Position numbers and translations under genes: made by a program. From positions 8,381 to 65,007 of the forward strand of contig DFJD01000032.1 in assembly GCA_002372875.1 (NCBI GenBank): 56,627 bases of DNA, in the 5' to 3' direction. Positions 14,659 through 23,511 of this stretch are shown here, piece after piece. The number at the start of each line of letters is the position of its first letter. The stretch's first letter is position 1. The stretch is from Clostridiales bacterium UBA3680. Lineage in GTDB: Bacteria; Bacillota; Clostridia; Lachnospirales; CAG-274. The notes below the pieces were generated by a model. That model worked only from the letters and a program-made list of their open reading frames with translations. It did no database searches and had not been told where the DNA came from.

Positions 14659-15063
14659 ATGGCTAAAAAGCTGACCCTCAGAATAGTTACCCCCTCAAGA
14701 GTAATGTATGAAGGAGAGGTGGGTATGGTGCTTTTGCGTACAAAAAGCGGTGATGTTGGTATATTACCCGAACATCAGCCTATGGTCACGGTGCTTGATT
14801 ACGGTGTAATGAAGCTCTATGATGATGGAAAAGAGATAAAAAGAGCCGCTGTTTTGGGTGGCTATGCCGAGGTTGGCGACAGTATTGTTTCCGTTCTTAC
14901 AGATGCTGCCGAATGGGCTGAGGAAATAGACGAGGCAAGAGCAAAGCATGCAAAAGAGATAGCTGAAAGAAGGCTTGCCTCACAAAACGAAAACATAGAC
15001 ATTATGAGAGCTGAGCTTGCTCTAAAAAGAGCCTTGGTCAGACTTAATGTTAATAATCTCTGA
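14659..15063 (+). CDS. atpC: F0F1 ATP synthase subunit epsilon
   Basis: MAKKLTLRIVTPSRVMYEG is a typical epsilon N-terminus. The ATG at 14659 follows aaggagg. Confidence 0.93.
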   Translation: MAKKLTLRIVTPSRVMYEGEVGMVLLRTKSGDVGILPEHQPMVTVLDYGVMKLYDDGKEIKRAAVLGGYAEVGDSIVSVLTDAAEWAEEIDEARAKHAKEIAERRLASQNENIDIMRAELALKRALVRLNVNNL

Positions 15064-15082
15064 TAAGAAAACGTATAAGTTC

Positions 15083-15113
15083 AAAAGACCTGTCAGATAG
15101 ACAGGTCTTTGTA
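15083..15113 (+). terminator. Intrinsic terminator of the atp operon
   Basis: The stem is agacctgtc/gacaggtct (15086-15094 / 15100-15108) with a short T-run. Confidence 0.7.
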
Positions 15114-15130
15114 TAAAAAGGAGGTTTTGT

Positions 15131-16351
15131 ATGGAAAATAATAATTTATCCACATCGATAAAGGCGGTAGCAGCACTGTTAAGCCTTGTGTTTATTGTTG
15201 TGTTCTTTTACGCATTGGCAACAAACATAAAAAATAAGCCCGCTTCCGTCGCGGAAAACGGAAAAACGGAAACAGCCGCTGCCGAAGTATCACAGGATTC
15301 GCAAAGCGATACGCCTATGTCCGTTGAAAAGGAAGCAGATCCTGAGGCATATTCTCAGGCACTCTCCCTTTGGAATGATGAAGCGCCTCTTAAAAATCAG
15401 CTTACTGAATATATAAAGAATGTAACAGACAGCGCAAGTGAAGACTTTATTCCGGTCAAAGACAGAATTGCCGTATTTGATTTTGACGGAACTCTTTTTT
15501 GCGAGACAGATCCGAATTATTTTGATTATATGCTTCTTATGCACAGAGTGCTTGAAGATGAAAATTACAAGGATAAGGCTTCGGATTTTGAAAAGGAAAC
15601 GGCAAACAAGATCAAAGAACAAAACGAAAAGCATACTTCATTTGACGGACTGGAAACAGACCACGGAAAATGTGTCGCTACAGCTTTTGCGGGCATGACA
15701 TTTGATGAATTTAACGATTATATCGCCGAATTTAAAAAGCAGCCTATGGAAAGCTACGAAGGTATGAACAGAGGAGACGGATTCTACGAACCTATGCTTG
15801 AGGTCGTTAATATGCTTACCGAAAACGATTTTAAGGTATATATAGTAAGCGGAACCGACAGATTTATAGTAAGGGGACTTTTGAAGGATTCCGTGCTCGA
15901 TCTTCCTCCTTCACAGATCATAGGTTCGGATGAACTTGTTAAGGCAAGCGGCCAGGGAGACACCGACGGACTTAAATATCAGCTTACAAAAGATGATGAG
16001 CTTATATTGGGTGGTCAATTTATTATAAAGAATCTGAAAATGAATAAGGTTTCCGTAATACAGCGTGAAATCGGTCAAAAGCCTGTACTTTCCTTCGGAA
16101 ACAGCACAGGTGATTCAAGTATGGCAAATTTTGTCATAAATAACAATCCCTATAAAAGTCTTGCTTTTATGCTCTGCTGTGACGATCTTGAAAGAGAGAA
16201 CGGTAATGAGGAAAAAGCGGACAAGATGTATGGACTTTGTGAGGAAAACGGCTGGACACCTGTATCTATGAAGAATGACTGGAAAACTATCTATAAGGAA
16301 GGTGTTGTAAAGGTTACCTCAGAAAATGAGGAGTTACAAAACGCAGCTTGA
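15131..16351 (+). CDS. Membrane-anchored HAD-superfamily hydrolase-like protein
   Basis: It has an N-terminal TM helix, HAD motif I FDFDGTLF, motif II VSGT and motif IV-like GNSTGD. Confidence 0.7.
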   Translation: MENNNLSTSIKAVAALLSLVFIVVFFYALATNIKNKPASVAENGKTETAAAEVSQDSQSDTPMSVEKEADPEAYSQALSLWNDEAPLKNQLTEYIKNVTDSASEDFIPVKDRIAVFDFDGTLFCETDPNYFDYMLLMHRVLEDENYKDKASDFEKETANKIKEQNEKHTSFDGLETDHGKCVATAFAGMTFDEFNDYIAEFKKQPMESYEGMNRGDGFYEPMLEVVNMLTENDFKVYIVSGTDRFIVRGLLKDSVLDLPPSQIIGSDELVKASGQGDTDGLKYQLTKDDELILGGQFIIKNLKMNKVSVIQREIGQKPVLSFGNSTGDSSMANFVINNNPYKSLAFMLCCDDLERENGNEEKADKMYGLCEENGWTPVSMKNDWKTIYKEGVVKVTSENEELQNAA

Positions 16352-16692
16352 CCTTGTAGAAAATAACTAAAAACAAGAGAAAAAAGCACCGAATTTAATG
16401 CTTTAATTGTGCAAGATGACCATAAAATCGAATTGTGCAATATAGCCAAAACGGTGCTTTTTTTATTTTTCAAAACGCGGAAACGCTGAAATAATCAGAG
16501 TTTTTATAATAAAGAACGAATATGGCAGAATAAAAAACAGGGGTAAAATTTAATGAAATATTGCAAAAATGCACAAAAAATAAAAAAATACAGCTAAAAT
16601 GAACCTTTTCTCGGAAGGATTGACAAATTTTTATTTTGGGTATATCATCTCACTTGTTAAAAAGAGAATCAATAAAGACGGAGGAAATTTTT

Positions 16693-17526
16693 ATGTTAAG
16701 GTATTTAGGAACAGCATTTGCAATTACCGTTTTAGCTTTCGGAGTAACAGCTTGCTCCGGCGGCTCCGCAACAGGCTCTGAAGCTAACGCTTCCGAAACA
16801 GAGACCACCGCGGTATCAACAGACGGTATCAAAATAGATAGTGAAAGCTTTCCGGACAGTGTATTTATGAACTATGTTTCGGAACATTTCGATAAGGATG
16901 CCGATGGCGTACTTTCAAACGAGGAAAGAACAGCTGTTGAGAGAATCGGAGATTATGACGGAGGCAGTGACGACGGACTTACAGGCTTGGGAATTGCAGA
17001 CCTTAAGGGAATTGAGTATTTCTCAAACCTCCAGGTTCTTATGGTTGGAGAAAACAAGCTTAAGAGCCTTGACTTAAGAAACAATCCCATGCTTATAAGA
17101 TTATACTGCCAGGAAAATGAACTTACAGCTCTTGATTTAAGCGCATGTATAAATCTTGATTATCTTTGCTGCAGAGACAATAAAATAGAGACATTGGATT
17201 TAAGCAAGAACACAGTGTTAACGGCTGTAGCTTGCAACGACAATAACCTTACGGTTTTGGATTTAAGCAACAACAAGGCTCTTAAGGATATTTCTTGCCA
17301 TAACAATGCCATTGAAAGCCTTAATTTAAACGGTCTTACATCTCTTGAAAGACTTATATGCTCAAATAATAAGCTTGCGGCATTGGATCTTAGAACAAAT
17401 ACCGCTCTTAAATCATTATTTTGCGAAGATAATCAGATCCCCACACTTGATGTAAGAAACAATCTTTCTTTAAAGGGAAACACACTTAAGTGTGATGATA
17501 CGGTAAGTGTAATAGCACATCAGTAA
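16693..17526 (+). CDS. Leucine-rich-repeat lipoprotein
   Basis: The ATG at 16693 follows ggagg. A signal peptide with a lipobox-like VTAC is present. A Ca-loop-like DKDADGVLSNEE is followed by about 8 LRR units of about 22 aa (L..LDLS.N..L..L.C..N). Confidence 0.8.
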   Translation: MLRYLGTAFAITVLAFGVTACSGGSATGSEANASETETTAVSTDGIKIDSESFPDSVFMNYVSEHFDKDADGVLSNEERTAVERIGDYDGGSDDGLTGLGIADLKGIEYFSNLQVLMVGENKLKSLDLRNNPMLIRLYCQENELTALDLSACINLDYLCCRDNKIETLDLSKNTVLTAVACNDNNLTVLDLSNNKALKDISCHNNAIESLNLNGLTSLERLICSNNKLAALDLRTNTALKSLFCEDNQIPTLDVRNNLSLKGNTLKCDDTVSVIAHQ

Positions 17527-17552
17527 AAATTCCCCTTTTATTGGGTTATTAT

Positions 17553-17582
17553 ACCCCCGATTTATGTCGGGGGATTTTTTTA
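17553..17582 (+). terminator. Intrinsic terminator
   Basis: The stem cccccga/tcggggg is followed by a T-run of seven. Confidence 0.85.
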
Positions 17583-17760
17583 TAAAAGTGATTTTTATAC
17601 TTTTATGGGCAAATACTTACAATCATAATTTTATGGTTGTTACTTTGTGTGAAAAGTTGTATAATATAACCAAATTGATTTTGTTGAGGAACTGCCGCTT
17701 TAAAAAAGATATATCGGTGTTTCCCTAAGCCAACAATATTGTCCTCGGAGGTGTATCGTA

Positions 17761-18534
17761 ATGAAGGAAATAATGGGAAGTTTTTCCATAGCCTTTTCAA
17801 GATACAGTAAAATATCTATGCCGTATATGGAATGGAAGCCGGAGGATATGAAGTACATTTTCTGCTTCTTTCCTTTGGTGGGTTTTATGCTTGGAGCTGT
17901 TGAGCTTTTGGCATATTTTCTTTGTGATGGCTATGGAGTGCACTATCTTTTGCGTGCGGCAATATTAACGGCTATTCCCGTTCTTTATACCGGTGCAATA
18001 CATATAAAGGGATTTATGGCAACAAAGGATGCATTTGCGGGAAACGGCAATCCTTCTCAGCTTATAGCTTTTATGGAGCTTGGACATGTCGGCCCGGTTT
18101 CAATGATACATTTGTTTACATATATGCTTCTGACTTTTGCCGCGTTTGCCTCTGTAAACAGCTATAAGACTATGTTTATGGTGGCTTTGTCCTTTGTCTT
18201 TTCAAGGGCGTTTTGCTCGGTAGTAATACTTTCTATGAGCTGCGTAAAAAAAACGGGAACATTCTATGCATTCTATAAAAATACCGACAGAAAGGCTACG
18301 GGCGCTTTTACCGTGCTTTGGATAGCACTTACGGTAGTGATGCTTGAATTGATACTTCCCATAGAAACCATTTTTTTAATGGCTGTGGAGCTTGGTTTTC
18401 TCTATTTGTATATAAGAGATATGAAAAACAGACTTGGTGGTATAACCGGAGATACGGTACACTATTTTCAGTACGTTGCCGAAACAACGGCAATAGTAAT
18501 TATTGCCTTGGGAACGGCGTTTTTTGGGATTTAG
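17761..18534 (+). CDS. cobS: Adenosylcobinamide-GDP ribazoletransferase (cobalamin synthase)
   Basis: It is polytopic, with the CobS-type N-terminus SFSIAFSRYSKISMP and a C-terminal RLGGITGDT motif. Confidence 0.8.
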   Translation: MKEIMGSFSIAFSRYSKISMPYMEWKPEDMKYIFCFFPLVGFMLGAVELLAYFLCDGYGVHYLLRAAILTAIPVLYTGAIHIKGFMATKDAFAGNGNPSQLIAFMELGHVGPVSMIHLFTYMLLTFAAFASVNSYKTMFMVALSFVFSRAFCSVVILSMSCVKKTGTFYAFYKNTDRKATGAFTVLWIALTVVMLELILPIETIFLMAVELGFLYLYIRDMKNRLGGITGDTVHYFQYVAETTAIVIIALGTAFFGI

Positions 18535-18535
18535 T

Positions 18536-19411
18536 ATGACAAAAAGACAGATTATAAAAGATATTAACATTTTGGCACTTAAATTCAGCTCCTATTTTCT
18601 TCTTGAGTATTTTGTGGTTTTTCTCTTTGCAATAGCAATTTATGCTGCGGGGAGAGATACATCAAAAATGAACAGCACTGTTTCCACAATGATGTTTATG
18701 GCCGCGGAGGTTGTTGCCTCGGTATATATTCTTTTTGTGGGAGGAGGCTTTAAATGGCACAAAAGACAAAGAGCTGTTACTTCGAGAGATTTGACCTACA
18801 TAACCGCAGCAATATTTGCTTTACGATTTTTTTCGAGCCTTATATATGTACCTATTGAAATTGCTTTAAATATGGGTGGATATACTTTGGTTCCCGATGT
18901 AGTTAAGGATATGGATGCTCATGAACTTCCCATGCTTTTGTATGTTATGCTTATCGGACCTATCTGTGAAGAGATAATGTTTAGAGGCTTTCTTCTTAAT
19001 TCTCTAAAAAAATACGGTGCAACATTTGCAATAGTTGTAAGTTCGGTGTTTTTCGGTCTTTTTCACGAAAACTTTGTTCAGGCAATAAATGCGGGTATGC
19101 TTGGACTTTTGCTTGGATATACGGCACACAATTTCGGCTTTAAATGGGCGGTTTTTATACACGTATTCAATAACGTAACTTCATACTTTTTGACAGATTT
19201 CGGACCTTTGCTTTATGTAAATATCATTATAAACATTGTCTGTATAGCATCATTCTTAATAATGACAAAAAACAACAAATTCGAAATTTCGCAAATGAAA
19301 TTCAGCCTCAATAACAGTCGTCCGTTTTTTGGATTTATGGGCAGAACTTTTTTTGTGTTCGTGTTTTGTTATTATATTTTAAGGTGTTTTATGAGTATTT
19401 CTCGTTGTTGA
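18536..19411 (+). CDS. CPBP-family intramembrane glutamic endopeptidase (CAAX protease-like)
   Basis: Motifs EEIMFRG, FGLFHE and HVFNN are present in a multi-TM protein. The ATG at 18536 abuts the cobS stop. Confidence 0.85.
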   Translation: MTKRQIIKDINILALKFSSYFLLEYFVVFLFAIAIYAAGRDTSKMNSTVSTMMFMAAEVVASVYILFVGGGFKWHKRQRAVTSRDLTYITAAIFALRFFSSLIYVPIEIALNMGGYTLVPDVVKDMDAHELPMLLYVMLIGPICEEIMFRGFLLNSLKKYGATFAIVVSSVFFGLFHENFVQAINAGMLGLLLGYTAHNFGFKWAVFIHVFNNVTSYFLTDFGPLLYVNIIINIVCIASFLIMTKNNKFEISQMKFSLNNSRPFFGFMGRTFFVFVFCYYILRCFMSISRC

Positions 19412-19489
19412 GAAATATGGGTTGTATATTTTAAAAAAAAGTGATATAATAAGCGGATTGTATACATAGACTTTAACGGAGGAATAATA

Positions 19490-20839
19490 ATGGGTAAATT
19501 TTTCGGAACCGACGGTGTTCGCGGTGTTGCAAATGTTGAACTTACACCGGAGCTTGCAATGAAAATAGGTAAGGCAGGAGCTTATGTGCTTACAAAGCAT
19601 ACAAATCACACCGCAAAAATTATAGTCGGTATGGATACCAGAATATCCGGCGGCATGCTTGAATCCGCTTTGGTGGCAGGTATTTGTTCGGTGGGCGCAC
19701 AGGCTGTTTTGCTCGGAGTCGTTCCCACTCCCGCGGTGGCTTATCTTGTAAGAAAATATAATGCCGATGCGGGTATAGTTATAAGTGCTTCGCATAATCC
19801 GGTTCAGGATAACGGAATTAAGTTTTTTAATTCACAAGGTTATAAATTAAGAGATGACATAGAAGACGAAATTGAACAGTATATGACCGTGAAACTTTCC
19901 GATATACCTTCTCCTTCCGGAGACACGGTGGGAAGTAAGGAGATTTGCAAAACGGCGATAGATGATTATGTGGAATTTCTTAAAAATTCCACCGATATTT
20001 CCCTTGAGGGATTGTCTGTTGCCATAGACTGTGCAAACGGTGCTACTTATCAGGCAGCACCTAAAGCGCTCAGAGCACTCGGAGCAAAGGTGTTTGTTTT
20101 ACATGCCGGTCCTAACGGTAAAAATATTAACCTTAACTGCGGTTCCACACATATGGAATCTCTTATAGATTACGTAAAAAACAACGAAGTGGATTTGGGT
20201 ATAGCCTTTGACGGCGACGGTGACCGTTGTCTTGCGGTAGACGGTGAAGGTAATTTTGTAAACGGTGACGAGATAATGGCGATCTGCGCAAAATATATGA
20301 AGGAGTGCGGAAAGCTTAAAAATAATACTATCGTTGCAACCGTAATGAGTAATCTCGGTCTTTCCATAATGGGAGAGAAAAACGGTATAAAGATAGAAAA
20401 AACCAAAGTTGGCGACCGTTACGTTCTTGAACATATTCTTGAAAACGGCGACTGTTTCGGTGGAGAGCAATCGGGTCATATTATTTTCTTCGATTACAAC
20501 ACAACAGGAGACGGAACTCTTACAGCCATTCAGCTTCTGACCACTCTTAAGAAAACAGGACAGACACTTGCACAGGCAAGAAAGATAATGGAAATTCTTC
20601 CGCAGGTGCTTGTAAATGCAAGAGTAGATAACAAGAAAAAGGCGGAGTATGCCACGAACGAAACCATCAGAAGCGAAATTGAGCAACTTGAGGAACGTTT
20701 TAACGGCGAGGGAAGAGTGCTTGTACGTGCAAGCGGCACAGAACCTATAGTAAGAGTTATGATCGAAGGCAGAGATATGCGAGTAATGCAGGAAGAGGCG
20801 GAAAGACTTTCCCGTCTGATCGAAGGACTTTTAAACTGA
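19490..20839 (+). CDS. glmM: Phosphoglucosamine mutase
   Basis: It has the active-site serine loop SASHNP, the metal loop FDGDGDR and the N-terminus GKFFGTDGVRG. Confidence 0.96.
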   Translation: MGKFFGTDGVRGVANVELTPELAMKIGKAGAYVLTKHTNHTAKIIVGMDTRISGGMLESALVAGICSVGAQAVLLGVVPTPAVAYLVRKYNADAGIVISASHNPVQDNGIKFFNSQGYKLRDDIEDEIEQYMTVKLSDIPSPSGDTVGSKEICKTAIDDYVEFLKNSTDISLEGLSVAIDCANGATYQAAPKALRALGAKVFVLHAGPNGKNINLNCGSTHMESLIDYVKNNEVDLGIAFDGDGDRCLAVDGEGNFVNGDEIMAICAKYMKECGKLKNNTIVATVMSNLGLSIMGEKNGIKIEKTKVGDRYVLEHILENGDCFGGEQSGHIIFFDYNTTGDGTLTAIQLLTTLKKTGQTLAQARKIMEILPQVLVNARVDNKKKAEYATNETIRSEIEQLEERFNGEGRVLVRASGTEPIVRVMIEGRDMRVMQEEAERLSRLIEGLLN

Positions 20840-20855
20840 TACGGAGGTATAATAT

Positions 20856-22676
20856 ATGTGCGGTATAGTTGGATATATAGGCAACAGGGATTGTACCGAT
20901 GTGCTTATAGATGCTTTAAGTAAGCTTGAATACAGAGGATATGATTCCGCAGGTATTGCGGTGTTTGAAAAAGGCACAATAAAGGTGGAAAAGTGTAAAG
21001 GTAAGCTTGAAAACCTTACAAACCTTATGAAAATCGAAGGAAGACCTTCGGGAAACTGTGGTATAGGACACACCAGGTGGGCAACTCATGGAGAACCGTC
21101 CGATATCAACTCTCATCCCCATGGAAACAAGAGAGTAAGTATTGTACATAATGGGATCATTGAAAATTACAGAGAGCTTAAGGAGTTTTTAAGCAAGGAA
21201 GGTTATGCTTTTGAAAGCGAAACAGATACAGAGGTTGTTGCAAAACTGCTTGACTACTACTACAATAACGATCCCATTGACACCATAATAAAGGTGCTTG
21301 CGGATATTGAGGGTGCCTATTCTTTGGGTATAATTTTCAGAGATTTCCCCGAACATATATATGCAGTTCGTAAAGACAGCCCTCTTATTGTAGGGCTTGG
21401 AGAGGATGAAAATTTCATTGCCTCCGATGTTCCGGCAATACTTAAATATACAAGAAACTATTATCTTCTCAATCAAGATGAGATCTGCGACATCACAAGA
21501 ACGGATGTAAAAATTTGCAATGTCAGAAGACAAACGGTGAAAAAAGAGGTCCAAACCGCCAATTGGGATATCGATGCAGCTGAAAAAAACGGTTATGAAC
21601 ATTTTATGCTTAAGGAAATACATGAGCAACCTTCAGCCGTAAAAATGACTGTCAGCCCTCGTATAAAAAACGGTTTGCCCGACCTTTCCGAAACAGGTCT
21701 CACTCCCGAAAAACTCAGCGCATACAATCATATATTTATTGTTGCTTGCGGAACTGCTATGCATGCGGGAATGGTAGGCAAATATGTTATAGAAAAGCTT
21801 GCAAGAGTGGGTGTTACGGTGGATATCGCCTCGGAATTTCGCTACAGAGATCCTCTCATATGTGAAAATGACCTTCTTGTTGTCATTTCACAATCGGGAG
21901 AAACGGCAGATACTAAGGCGGCTCTTGAATTGGGAAAAGAAAGAGGGGCAGATACCCTTGCCGTTGTTAACGTTGTCGGCTCTTCAATTGCAAGAGAGGC
22001 GGATATGGTGCTTTATACAAATGCAGGCCCCGAGATATCCGTTGCCTCCACAAAGGCTTATTCAGTCCAAATAGCGGCAATGTATCTTTTTGCTTTTGAA
22101 CTTGCACTTGTTAAAGAAAAGATATCGGAAGATGAATGCAGAGAGTATGTTCAGGCTCTTAGCGATGTTCCCGATTTAATAGAAAAGACACTTGAAACAA
22201 AGGAACTCTGTCAGATGGCGGCTTCAAAGCTTTTAAGCTCAAACAGTCTTCTTTATATAGGAAGAGGTCTTGATTACGCACTTTCAATGGAGGGCTCGTT
22301 AAAGCTTAAAGAAATATCCTACATACATTCAGAGTCCTATGCAGCAGGAGAACTTAAGCACGGAACGATTTCTCTTATAGAAGATCAAATGCCGGTTATA
22401 GCTGTTGTCACGCAAAAAGAGCTTCTCGATAAAACGGTCAACAACATTAAAGAGGTAAAATCTCGCCACGCAATGGTGGTACTTGTTATGAGTGAGAGTG
22501 TAAAAATAGAAGATGGTGTTGCCGATTTTATTATCCCCATTCCGGAAACGAAAGAAGTGCTTATGCCTTGTATAGCTGCTGTACCTTTACAGCTTATAGC
22601 ATATTATACTTCGGTGCTTAAAGGAAACGATGTGGATCAGCCGCGCAACTTGGCAAAGAGTGTTACCGTAGAATAA
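20856..22676 (+). CDS. glmS: Glutamine--fructose-6-phosphate aminotransferase (isomerizing)
   Basis: It has the Ntn-amidotransferase N-terminus MCGIVGYIG, two SIS domains and the C-terminus PRNLAKSVTVE. Confidence 0.97.
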   Translation: MCGIVGYIGNRDCTDVLIDALSKLEYRGYDSAGIAVFEKGTIKVEKCKGKLENLTNLMKIEGRPSGNCGIGHTRWATHGEPSDINSHPHGNKRVSIVHNGIIENYRELKEFLSKEGYAFESETDTEVVAKLLDYYYNNDPIDTIIKVLADIEGAYSLGIIFRDFPEHIYAVRKDSPLIVGLGEDENFIASDVPAILKYTRNYYLLNQDEICDITRTDVKICNVRRQTVKKEVQTANWDIDAAEKNGYEHFMLKEIHEQPSAVKMTVSPRIKNGLPDLSETGLTPEKLSAYNHIFIVACGTAMHAGMVGKYVIEKLARVGVTVDIASEFRYRDPLICENDLLVVISQSGETADTKAALELGKERGADTLAVVNVVGSSIAREADMVLYTNAGPEISVASTKAYSVQIAAMYLFAFELALVKEKISEDECREYVQALSDVPDLIEKTLETKELCQMAASKLLSSNSLLYIGRGLDYALSMEGSLKLKEISYIHSESYAAGELKHGTISLIEDQMPVIAVVTQKELLDKTVNNIKEVKSRHAMVVLVMSESVKIEDGVADFIIPIPETKEVLMPCIAAVPLQLIAYYTSVLKGNDVDQPRNLAKSVTVE

Positions 22677-22688
22677 AGGAGGATGCCT

Positions 22689-23384
22689 GTGACTATAGGA
22701 ATTATCGGTGCAATGGAAACGGAGGTAACATACCTTCGCAGCAAGATGAATACTGTTACCGTAAATGAAATATGCTCAATGGAATACAGATTGGGAACAA
22801 TAGAGGGTTGTGCCCATAATATCGTGCTTGTAAAAGCAGGAATGGGAAAGGTGAGTGCCGCAGTATGTACACAAGTGCTGATTGATAGATTTGGGGTAGA
22901 CTGTGTTATAAACATAGGTGTTGCCGGTTCCCTTGTTCCCGAATTAAAAGTAGGTTGCGTTGCCATTTCCGAAGATACGGTGTATCATGATGTGGATTCC
23001 TCGGCAATAGGAGATGAGCCCGGTTTCGTATCGGGTATAGACATGAAATATTTCCCTTGCGATGAGAAACTGATAAATGTTGCTCTTAATGCTTGTGCAA
23101 ACCTCGGTTTATATGCAATAAAAGGAAGAATTGCATCAGGCGATCAGTTTATTGCAAACAATTCGATTAAGGAGAGGATAGTTTCTCTTTTTAACGCTGT
23201 TTGTTGTGAGATGGAAGGCGCTGCTATTGCCCACACCTGTTATTTAAACAAGGTGCCGGTAGTGATTGTCAGAACAATATCTGACGGTGCAGATGATGCC
23301 TCAGACAATACATATGCCGATAACAGAGATAATATGGCGAACGTAGGCGGAAAAATAGCGGAATTAATGTTAAAAGAAATATGA
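22689..23384 (+). CDS. mtnN: 5'-methylthioadenosine/S-adenosylhomocysteine nucleosidase
   Basis: Motifs TIGIIGAMETEV, VKAGMGKV and CEMEGAAIAH are present. The GTG at 22689 lies 6 nt after aaggagg, whereas the ATG at 22683 abuts the RBS. Confidence 0.92.
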   Translation: MTIGIIGAMETEVTYLRSKMNTVTVNEICSMEYRLGTIEGCAHNIVLVKAGMGKVSAAVCTQVLIDRFGVDCVINIGVAGSLVPELKVGCVAISEDTVYHDVDSSAIGDEPGFVSGIDMKYFPCDEKLINVALNACANLGLYAIKGRIASGDQFIANNSIKERIVSLFNAVCCEMEGAAIAHTCYLNKVPVVIVRTISDGADDASDNTYADNRDNMANVGGKIAELMLKEI

Positions 23385-23392
23385 TAAAGTTG

Positions 23393-23421
23393 AAAGCAGC
23401 GGTTTAACCGCTGCTTTTTTA
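23393..23421 (+). terminator. Intrinsic terminator
   Basis: The stem gcagcgg/ccgctgc is followed by a T-run. Confidence 0.85.
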
Positions 23422-23511
23422 CTTCCGTAAAAAAGTATTGCAATATTGTACGCTTATGAATTATAATGAAGAAATGAAACTGTCTATATAAACATCAAGG
23501 AGGGATATGGT

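Noticed and set aside
17583-17760. A cobalamin riboswitch might lie upstream of cobS.
   Set aside because: I could find no B12-box-like element and no multi-stem junction, and the region is AT-rich promoter-like sequence. A cmsearch would settle it.
19412-20855. A glmS ribozyme is expected upstream of glmS in a Firmicute.
   Set aside because: glmS starts 16 nt after the glmM stop, and the region upstream of glmM is only 78 nt. Neither has room for the ribozyme of about 170 nt or any of its conserved core, so it is absent here.
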